A stretch of DNA of 32,000 nt from an uncultured Opitutales bacterium (GTDB taxonomy: Bacteria > Verrucomicrobiota > Verrucomicrobiia > Opitutales > Intestinicryptomonadaceae). Below the pieces are notes generated by a model. That model was not told where the DNA came from. It saw only the letters and a list, made by a program, of their open reading frames with translations, and did not search any database. The DNA is taken from contig CAKTSY010000002.1 of the NCBI GenBank assembly GCA_934613415.1, positions 180,001-212,000 on the forward strand. Direction: 5' to 3'. Position numbers and translations under genes: made by a program. Positions 19,110 to 26,854 of the stretch are shown here, piece by piece (the first letter of the stretch is position 1; each line of letters opens with the position of its first letter).

Positions 19110-19146
19110 GCCCCGATATATAAATGTTTGTCGGGGCGTTTTTTTT
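19110..19146 (+). terminator. Rho-independent terminator after the biotin carrier gene
   Basis: Stem GCCCCGA/TCGGGGC followed by an 8-nt T-run. Confidence 0.7.
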
Positions 19147-19197
19147 CGCAGTCGTTTTTTTAATTAACAGCAAATCTTAATTCGAACAATTTATTTT

Positions 19198-20613
19198 ATG
19201 AAGATTACAAAGTATATTTTGGTTTTGCTTTTGGCTTTTGGCTTTGGTTTGTGCCAGGCGCAAACGGTTTTGGCCGAAAAAGAGGAGGCAAAGGTTGAAA
19301 CCCGGGCTAGGGCGGTTGAAATTGCCCAAGACGCGAAAGACGTAAAAAAAGACATTGCAAAAGCTGCAGCCAAGCAACAGATTAAAGCCCCCCAAAAAGA
19401 GCTTACGCCCGAAGAAATTGAACATCTTAAAATACAAAACAAAATAGACCAAAACGCCATAGAAAGCGCGCAAACCGTAAGGAAATATCTTGTGCGTTTT
19501 ATGCATTGGCTCGACAAAGTTTCGCCCAAAACGGCGGCCGTTATGCGCGCCGAATATTTCGGGGTAAAGGGCATACAATATGTGTCGGCAATTGTGGTTT
19601 TGCTTTTAACTTTTGTAATAATAAAATATGTGTTCGGCTTTGTGTTTAAAAGACTTTCGACTTTGTCGGCAAAAAGTAAAGACCCCGATACAAACTCGTT
19701 TGCAACTTCGTTTTTTTCGCAAATTCACAAGCCGTTCGACTTGTTTGCCGCGGTAATGGGTGTATATTTTGCGGCGGCGTTCGTGCTGCGAAGCGAAGCG
19801 TACATAAAAATTTCGACACGCGCCGTTGGCATAATCTTTTGGTGCTCGATATTCTGGATTTTAATAATAATCTCCGACGCTGCGTTTATGGCGGCAACGC
19901 GCAAACTTAAAAACAGGGCGTCGGTTTCCACTGCAAACTTGATGGACTTTGTGCGCAGGCTTGTAAAGGCCGCCATTATAATTTTGGCGACGCTTTCGGT
20001 GCTTACAAATTGCGGAATGAATGTAAACACGCTTATAGCGTCTTTGGGTATTGGCGGTATGGCTTTGGCGTTTGCCTCGCAGGATACCATTGCAAACTTT
20101 TTCGGCTCGGTTTCCATTATAATAGACCGCCCCTTTATTGCGGGCGACTGGGTAAAAACTTCTTCCTGCGAAGGCACGGTAGAAAAAATCGGCTTTCGCT
20201 CTACCCGCATTAGGACATTTTCGAAAACAATAATGTCTATCCCGAATTCTATTTTGGCGAAAGACACAATAGAAAACTTTTCGAAAATGCCCGTAAGGAA
20301 GGCTTCGTATAACATAGGCATTACCTACGACGCCACCGCCGAAGACATAGAGGCCTTGCTGCCGATTTTACGGGACAGAATTGTTAAAATAGAGGGTGTT
20401 TCGCAGCGCGACGGCGTTGCCGCCGAATTTATAAACTTTGGCGATTCTTCGTTGGACATTGCCATAACTTATTATTCGAAGAAAACCGACAAGGCAAACT
20501 ATACGGCAACCATACGCAGGGTAAACCTGGAAATTATGCGCATATTGCGCGAACAAAAGCTTTCTATGGCATTCCCGTCTACTTCGGTTTATATCGAATC
20601 GCAACCCAAATAA
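19198..20613 (+). CDS. Mechanosensitive ion channel (MscS family) with N-terminal signal and coiled-coil extension
   Basis: Signal-like N-terminus, several TM helices and the MscS pore/beta-domain block LAFASQDTIANFFGSVSIIIDRPFIAGDWV. Confidence 0.85.
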   Translation: MKITKYILVLLLAFGFGLCQAQTVLAEKEEAKVETRARAVEIAQDAKDVKKDIAKAAAKQQIKAPQKELTPEEIEHLKIQNKIDQNAIESAQTVRKYLVRFMHWLDKVSPKTAAVMRAEYFGVKGIQYVSAIVVLLLTFVIIKYVFGFVFKRLSTLSAKSKDPDTNSFATSFFSQIHKPFDLFAAVMGVYFAAAFVLRSEAYIKISTRAVGIIFWCSIFWILIIISDAAFMAATRKLKNRASVSTANLMDFVRRLVKAAIIILATLSVLTNCGMNVNTLIASLGIGGMALAFASQDTIANFFGSVSIIIDRPFIAGDWVKTSSCEGTVEKIGFRSTRIRTFSKTIMSIPNSILAKDTIENFSKMPVRKASYNIGITYDATAEDIEALLPILRDRIVKIEGVSQRDGVAAEFINFGDSSLDIAITYYSKKTDKANYTATIRRVNLEIMRILREQKLSMAFPSTSVYIESQPK

Positions 20614-20633
20614 TCCGTCAAAAGTTGGGCAAA

Positions 20634-20668
20634 AACCTTCGGGAATTTTTCCCCCGAAGGTTTTTTAT
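20634..20668 (+). terminator. Rho-independent terminator after the MscS gene
   Basis: Stem AACCTTCGGG/CCCGAAGGTT followed by a T-run. Confidence 0.7.
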
Positions 20669-21011
20669 TTTTATCTGGAATAGTTTTTACTTGCAGCGTC
20701 TATAATCAAAAGGGGGTTGGATTTTTATTATTAGCGAAGAATAAACATCTTAGTAAAATTAGATTTGACCGTAGTATTTAAAATACGACGGGTAAAAAAC
20801 AAAAACAGTGTGGGGGTAGGGGGTTGCCCAACCATATTTTTTTGAAAAGGCAAATTTGCTTTTTGCGATGTTTAAGATTTTGCCGGTTCTAAAAAATAAA
20901 GCGTATGAAATTAAGAAAGCGTTAAGCGCATAAAAAACAAAAAAGATATTTTTTGAAAAATGCTTGACAAATTTGGTTCAAAATAAGAAAGTAGCCAACT
21001 TTAACAACCAA

Positions 21012-21083
<72 letters not shown>

Positions 21084-21086
21084 CAT

Positions 21087-21163
21087 GGGGGTATAGCTCA
21101 GTTGGTTAGAGCACTTGCATGACACGCAAGGGGTCGCAGATTCGAGTTCCGCTACTCCCACCA
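21087..21163 (+). tRNA. tRNA-Val (anticodon GAC)
   Basis: Hand-folded cloverleaf. Acceptor GGGGGTA/TACTCCC, D arm GCTC-AGTTGGTTA-GAGC, perfect anticodon arm CTTGC-ATGACAC-GCAAG. CCA is encoded. The T stem (GCAGA/TCCGC) has one mismatch. Confidence 0.85.
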
Positions 21164-21181
21164 TTTTCAAATTTCGCACCG

Positions 21182-21210
21182 CTTCTAAACGCCCGTTTAG
21201 AAGTTTTTTT
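21182..21210 (+). terminator. Rho-independent terminator after the tRNA-Met/tRNA-Val pair
   Basis: 9-bp stem CTTCTAAAC/GTTTAGAAG with loop GCCC, followed by a 7-nt T-run. Confidence 0.75.
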
Positions 21211-21751
21211 GTTCTAGCCCCTCCGTACATAACGCAGTGCCAACCCTAACACGCCTTTTTGCGCAATATCCGTCTTTCTGTACAAATTGTAACGCTACAG
21301 GCGTATCTGGCTATCGTCTGCACACCCAAAGTCTTTAGTTGTTGTGCAGGTTTGTTGTAGGTTAGCCATTATTATTGCCGCAATATACAAAATTTAAGAA
21401 AGCAACAGTTTTAGCTTGGCGTGTCTAAAACAAAAGAGTCTTTAGATGAACCGTGTCTCTGGTAGCCCAAGAGGAAAATCCACTCGCCCCAGCACGACTT
21501 CACCCGAAGACTTTTAGACAGTCTTACATAAAAACTTTTCGGTCAAGAAAATTTATGCATATATTTTAGAAAAAACAAATAACTGCGTTTCTTTGAAAGA
21601 TATAGCGCAAGAAGCTGTTATAACATAATCTACAACTTTAAAAGTGTTTTTATCCGTCTATTAAAAAAGGTTGCATATTTGTATTTTGTAGCTAATGTTG
21701 CTGCAACAAAGTTTAACCGAGAGATATAAAAATTGTATAGGAGAAATAGGT

Positions 21752-22249
21752 ATGCAAAAAATGTATCTTGCAATTCTTGTACTTGTGCTTTGGCTTACAG
21801 GGTGCGGCAGTTTAGAAAAACCCGTTGTTAAAGAAAGGCAAACAGCCATTACAATAGAACAAATATATGATGCGTTTTTAGGAGGCTTGCAAAGCGTGCA
21901 GTTTCCCGATTCAAACAAGCTTGAACGTCGCATTGTTGGTGGCGTTTACAAAAATGGGCAAATAACGCAAATGCTGGTTGCCGATTTTAATTCACTGCCA
22001 ATTTCCCTATACGAAGCCACAAATAAATCTATTACAATTTCGAAAACAAAAGACGCCAAGCGCGAGTTTTTAACCTGCGCGCGTTCACAACCCGGCAATA
22101 CAGAAGTTGTTGGCATTATTTACAACGATGCAATAGAAAACTCTCTTAGTTCAAGAATTCTAAGCTGCGCGCACTACCCAGACGGCTCTACAATGTTTTT
22201 AGCCGTGGTACTCTCATTCGACATAAAAAATTCGACGAACAAAAAATAA
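21752..22249 (+). CDS. Small hypothetical lipoprotein
   Basis: The track ORF begins at 21695. The internal ATG at 21752 is preceded by AGGAGA and yields a classical lipoprotein signal MQKMYLAILVLVLWLTGCGS (lipobox LTGC). I recognise no family. Confidence 0.6.
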   Translation: MQKMYLAILVLVLWLTGCGSLEKPVVKERQTAITIEQIYDAFLGGLQSVQFPDSNKLERRIVGGVYKNGQITQMLVADFNSLPISLYEATNKSITISKTKDAKREFLTCARSQPGNTEVVGIIYNDAIENSLSSRILSCAHYPDGSTMFLAVVLSFDIKNSTNKK

Positions 22250-22504
22250 AAAATATGCAGTAGGTGGTATTTCTTCTTTTTTTCCGGCAAACGCATAAAA
22301 GGCAATAAAAAAAGCAAAAAACATTAAAAAATACATGGAAATTTTTAAATGGTTATTGGCTGAATTGTTGAAATTTAAAAAGGTTTTCTTGCCTATGATA
22401 AGAGAGTTTTCAAAGAAATAGGTTTTAGTTTATGTATATTTCTTTTACGAAGTTTGCGAATTTTGCTGAAGAGAATTTTACAATATAGATAGCACAAAAC
22501 GGAT

Positions 22505-23578
22505 ATGAATAAAGAATTTTTAATAAACAAATTGAAAGAATATTCGAAGCTTGAAACAAAAAATAAGCAGAAATTTAATGCCGAAGCTTTGGAACGTAAA
22601 TCCGCGATAGCCTTTTACCAAAACTATACAAGAGAGAAAATTCTGAGCCTTGACGCAGACGGCCTTTATGAGTTTTTTGCACCATTGTGGGCGTTGAAAA
22701 TGTGGGGAAATAGGCATACTAAAATAGATGCTCTAGTTGCAGACAATGAATTGGATAACTTAAAGGCTTTGCTTGCAGAATTGCTATACGGGAAAGATAA
22801 ATTAGAAAACCGTTGGGATTTTTTTAGGGAAAAAGTGAAAGGCGTTGGCCCTGCGATTATGAGCGAATTGCTATGCAAAATATATCCAAACGACAACATT
22901 ATATGGAACAGAAAAACGCACAATGCCTTTTTGCAGCTTGGAATAAATGATGTTCCAAAATACGAAAGCCGCTTAGATGGTAAGAAATACATTGCCTTTT
23001 GCAACGCAGCCAAACAAATATTAAAAGAGTCTACAAAAACAAGCATAAGCGATATGCTGCATCTCGATTATTTTATGTGGGAGATGTTTGACGACAATTT
23101 TTCGCAACAAAATGCGTCTATTTTGATAAAAAGAAGTTCTAAACTAGCAAGAACCGCAACAAAACCAGACTTTGACCACAACGATATTCGCGATAAGATA
23201 AGCGAAGTTGGCGCATTTTTGGGATTTAAGGCCAGCATAGAAAGAAAAGTTGCCGATGGCGCGATAGTTGACGCATTATGGGAAGCAACCATTGGCAATA
23301 TGGGGCGCGTAATTTATGTTTTTGAAGTTCAAACATCAGGTTCTATAGATAGTTTGATTCTAAATCTGATAAAAGCACATAGCAATAAAGCGGTGCAAGG
23401 TATCGTGGCTGTTAGCGACGCCATACAACTAGAAAAGATAAAAAAGGAAGTATCTAGTACTCCACTAAAAGACCATCTAAAATATTTAGACTATACAGAG
23501 CTCCTAAAAATCCACGAAGCCCTCCAATACGCAACCGAAAAAATAAACCAACTCGGCCTTGTTCCAGCTGGTTTTTAA
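22505..23578 (+). CDS. Hypothetical protein: HhH-like N-terminal domain + PD-(D/E)xK-like C-terminal domain (candidate nuclease)
   Basis: 357-aa ORF. The N-terminal half has a helix-hairpin-helix-like motif KVKGVGPAIMSELL (aa ~110-123). The C-terminal part has the ordered residues H225, E234, D256 and E274-V-Q276 (IVDALWEA ... VIYVFEVQTSG), a pattern resembling restriction-endonuclease-fold cores. The function is inferred; only the ORF itself is solid. Confidence 0.6.
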   Translation: MNKEFLINKLKEYSKLETKNKQKFNAEALERKSAIAFYQNYTREKILSLDADGLYEFFAPLWALKMWGNRHTKIDALVADNELDNLKALLAELLYGKDKLENRWDFFREKVKGVGPAIMSELLCKIYPNDNIIWNRKTHNAFLQLGINDVPKYESRLDGKKYIAFCNAAKQILKESTKTSISDMLHLDYFMWEMFDDNFSQQNASILIKRSSKLARTATKPDFDHNDIRDKISEVGAFLGFKASIERKVADGAIVDALWEATIGNMGRVIYVFEVQTSGSIDSLILNLIKAHSNKAVQGIVAVSDAIQLEKIKKEVSSTPLKDHLKYLDYTELLKIHEALQYATEKINQLGLVPAGF

Positions 23579-23581
23579 TTT

Positions 23582-26500
23582 TTACGAGTTTTCGCGATCT
23601 TCCATATCGTTATTGTCTGTCCACATTTCGCATTGGGCAATAACGGTATTTAGAGCTTCTTCCTGCCCTTCGGGCGGGTATTTATATTTTTTCAAAAGGC
23701 GTTTTACAAGAAGTCGCATACGGGCTCTTGCGTTTTGTCTTCTTTGCCAATCTATAGTTTTATTTTTCCGCAAAGCGTCTGTTAATTCCTTTGTGATAGC
23801 AACAAGTTCTTCGTTAGAATAAACATCTTTTACGGCTTGCGGCTTAGCTAAGGCATCGTAAAAAGCGACTTCTTCAGTTGATAGCCCCAAGGCATTCCCG
23901 TTTTCTTTTGCGCTTACAATTTCCTTTGCCATCTTTAATAGTTCCTCGATTACTTCCTCGTTTGAAAGCAATCCGTTAAGATAGGCATTCATTGTTCGTT
24001 GCAACAGTTCGGAAAATTTTTGAGACTTAACAACATTCGTTCTTTGATAAACCGAAACTTGTTCTGCTATCAATTTTTTCAACAATTCTACGGCAATGTT
24101 TTTTTGCTTTAATTTTGCAACCTCAGCTAAAAATTTAGGATCGAAAATCGAAAACTCTTCTTTTACATCTGAGAACAAATTTACAACACCTTCGCTTTTT
24201 ATGCTTTGGCGCAATAGTTCATTTATGCGTTTGTTGATTTCTTTTAAAGAAATGTAATGCGGTTTCGATGAAATGCGGGTCAACAATGTTCTCACTGCTT
24301 CAAAAAAGGCTGCCTCTAAACGGTCTTCTGGTTTTACAATGCTTCGACAAAGCGACAACGCCTGCCTTAGCAACATTGCTTCTTTTAAATAGTGCTCCTT
24401 CCTTTCAGGTTCTTGCGGATCCGAAAGAAAATTTACGCCATCCATTATTAACTGTGCTCGGTCGTAGTCAGATGCCGTTTTGAAATTGCTGTAATCAAAG
24501 CCGTGGAACAATTCCCTACAAACCGTTAATTTTTCAATGAAACGTGGCAGGGCTGCACTGCCTATATCCATATCGCCATATTTTTGCTTGTCGCGGTTTG
24601 TATAATCATTCATTGCCTGTTTTAAAGCCGAAGCAATACCGACATAGTCCACAATCAAACCGCCTTCTTTGTCTTGGAATACGCGATTTACGCGGGCGAT
24701 GGCCTGCATAAGATTGTGCCCAGCCATTGGTTTGTATACATACATTGTCGCAAGCGACGGCACATCAAACCCAGTAAGCCACATATCAACAACAATCGCA
24801 ATTTTTAAAAGCGAATTGTTGTCTTTAAACTTTCTGCCGAGTTCGTCTTTATATGCTTTGTTCCCGACAATAGGTTTCCAATCTTCTGGGTCGTTGTTTG
24901 CCGATGTCATAACAACGGCCAGCTTTTCAGTCCAGTTCGGTCGTATCGAGAGAATTTTGCGATATATCTTCATCGCAATTTCTCTTGAATAGGCAACAAT
25001 CATAGCCTTACCCGTAAGCAGCTTTTCGCGGTTTTCTTCGTAGTGCGAAACAATGTCGTTGCATAAGGCGTCTATGGTCTGTTCCGCGCCCAAAATACTT
25101 TCCATCTTGCTAAGCTCTTTTTTGCTTTTCTCGATGGAATAGGCTTCGGCAATTTCCGCCATTTTGTCGTATTCTTGGTCGATTTTGTCCATTACGGACT
25201 TGTCGAGCTTTAAGTGCACAACTCGGCTTTCGTAATATACCGGGCGCGTTGCGCCGTCTTCGACGGCCTGCGTCATGTCGTAAATATCTATATAATCGCC
25301 AAAAACTTCGCGCGTGTTCTTGTCTTTTGATGAAATAGGAGTTCCTGTAAATCCTATATATGTTGCATGGGGAAGACTTTTGCGTATTAAAATTTCTGTG
25401 CTTATTTTTACCGTTCCTGTTTTGGGGTCTATGCGTTCTATTTCATAGTGCCCGCGGTGGGCTTCGTCTGCCATAACAATGATATTTTTGCGTAGCGATA
25501 GCGGCTCAGCCGTTTCCGTGAACTTTTGCATTGTGGTAAAAATGATACCGTTTGCTTCGCGCCCAGCCAACAAATCAATTAGGTTTTCTCGGCTTTCCGC
25601 TTGAATGGGAATTTGCCTTAGGAAATCAGCACATCTCGAAAACTGCCCAAACAACTGGTTGTCTAAGTCGTTTCTGTCGGTTATTACAACAATGGTTGAA
25701 TTTTTTAAAGTTTGTTGTAGCAAGTTGGCATAAAAAACCATCGAGAACGATTTGCCGCTACCTTGCGTATGCCAAAATACGCCCGCCTTACCGTCGGAAT
25801 TTGTCGCCTTTATTGTAGATTCTATTGCCTTGTTTACCGCGAAATATTGGTGATACGCCGCAAATATTTTTACCTTTTCTTGCTTTTCATTAAAACAGCA
25901 GCAAATAAAATTTTTTATAATATCCAAAAATCTGTGCTTTTCGAATATCCCCATGAAAAAGGTGTTGTAGTCGGCAAATTTTGTGGTTTCGTAAGAGCCG
26001 TCCGAGGTCTTCCATTCCATGAAGCGATCTTCGCCGGCCGTTATTGTGCCTGCTTTTGTTTGCGCCATATCGCTCATCACGCAAAAGGCGTTGTATACAA
26101 ACAGCGATGGAATTTCCTGCATGTAGTTTCGCAGCTGTCTAAATGCCGCCGAAGCGTCCGTTTCTTCCCTTGATGGCGATTTCAACTCTACCACAACAAG
26201 TGGTATGCCGTTTACAAAAACAATAATGTCCGCTCTTTTTTCGGAACGTTCAACTATTGTCCATTGATTGGCTACAATAAAACTGTTCCTGTCTATGTTT
26301 GCGTAATCAACAAGATTTACTTTGTCGTATTTTTGTTCGCCATTAAGTATGTAGGCAACGTCAATTCCGTTTTGTAGATAGTCGGTAAAAATAGAGTTTT
26401 TCAAAATCAACTCTTGATTGTCTATATTTCGGATTTTATAAATGGCTTCGTCTATAGCTTCTGTCGGCAAATCAGGATTGATGGAACTAAGACAAGTTCT

Positions 26501-26626
26501 CAGCTCTTCGCCATACAAAGGGTCGGTATAATCTCTATCAATATCCGGACCATATACATGTTCATATCCCAATTTTTCAAAAAGTTGGATAATTGCATTT
26601 TCGTAATTTTCTTCTTTGTATGACAT
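23582..26626 (-). CDS. hsdR: Type I restriction enzyme, R (endonuclease/translocase) subunit
   Basis: 1014 aa. N-terminal PD-(D/E)xK nuclease block ADIIVFVNGIPLVVVELKSP. SF2 helicase motif I HTQGSGKS and motif II MADEAHRG (DEAH). The long helical C-terminal region is typical of HsdR. Confidence 0.95.
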   Translation of the reverse strand: MSYKEENYENAIIQLFEKLGYEHVYGPDIDRDYTDPLYGEELRTCLSSINPDLPTEAIDEAIYKIRNIDNQELILKNSIFTDYLQNGIDVAYILNGEQKYDKVNLVDYANIDRNSFIVANQWTIVERSEKRADIIVFVNGIPLVVVELKSPSREETDASAAFRQLRNYMQEIPSLFVYNAFCVMSDMAQTKAGTITAGEDRFMEWKTSDGSYETTKFADYNTFFMGIFEKHRFLDIIKNFICCCFNEKQEKVKIFAAYHQYFAVNKAIESTIKATNSDGKAGVFWHTQGSGKSFSMVFYANLLQQTLKNSTIVVITDRNDLDNQLFGQFSRCADFLRQIPIQAESRENLIDLLAGREANGIIFTTMQKFTETAEPLSLRKNIIVMADEAHRGHYEIERIDPKTGTVKISTEILIRKSLPHATYIGFTGTPISSKDKNTREVFGDYIDIYDMTQAVEDGATRPVYYESRVVHLKLDKSVMDKIDQEYDKMAEIAEAYSIEKSKKELSKMESILGAEQTIDALCNDIVSHYEENREKLLTGKAMIVAYSREIAMKIYRKILSIRPNWTEKLAVVMTSANNDPEDWKPIVGNKAYKDELGRKFKDNNSLLKIAIVVDMWLTGFDVPSLATMYVYKPMAGHNLMQAIARVNRVFQDKEGGLIVDYVGIASALKQAMNDYTNRDKQKYGDMDIGSAALPRFIEKLTVCRELFHGFDYSNFKTASDYDRAQLIMDGVNFLSDPQEPERKEHYLKEAMLLRQALSLCRSIVKPEDRLEAAFFEAVRTLLTRISSKPHYISLKEINKRINELLRQSIKSEGVVNLFSDVKEEFSIFDPKFLAEVAKLKQKNIAVELLKKLIAEQVSVYQRTNVVKSQKFSELLQRTMNAYLNGLLSNEEVIEELLKMAKEIVSAKENGNALGLSTEEVAFYDALAKPQAVKDVYSNEELVAITKELTDALRKNKTIDWQRRQNARARMRLLVKRLLKKYKYPPEGQEEALNTVIAQCEMWTDNNDMEDRENS

Positions 26627-26854
26627 GGCTTTACTCAGTAAATTTTTTTTCTAAGGCGTTTTGTAATATCAAAAATGAAAACAGAAAAGACAAACTTTAT
26701 CGATAAAATCTTTAAACATAGTTAACATTGATTCATGTAAATTGCAGTTTATACATTAAATAAAATCATCTAGTGCGCCAATTTTGATTAGATAACAATA
26801 TTTAATATACAAATGTATACATAATTTATATCCAAAACATATATCACAAAATTT
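26627..26854 (-). promoter_or_regulatory. AT-rich 228-nt spacer upstream of hsdR (probable independent hsdR promoter/operator region)
   Basis: No ORF, and very AT-rich. It separates the stop of the ATPase-Toprim gene from the hsdR start. It contains the 10-bp palindrome ATGTATACAT at 26813-26822. I can assign no confident -35/-10 pair. Confidence 0.3.

Noticed and set aside
19725-20321. 198-aa minus-strand ORF inside the MscS gene, and 19177-19578 minus ORFs over its 5' end
   Set aside because: They are antisense to a channel gene with clear family motifs, so they are likely shadow ORFs.
20964-20992. TTGACA at 20964-20969 as a -35 box for the tRNA-Met/Val operon
   Set aside because: No acceptable -10 hexamer lies at 16-18 nt spacing (the only candidate, TAAGAA, is at 14 nt). 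If the host is FCB-group, the sigma-70 consensus would not apply anyway.
21087-21163. tRNA-Val as a possible pseudogene because of the A-C mismatch and A53-T61 pair in the T stem
   Set aside because: The acceptor, D and anticodon arms are canonical, CCA is encoded and a strong terminator follows. It is kept as a functional gene pending a covariance-model score.
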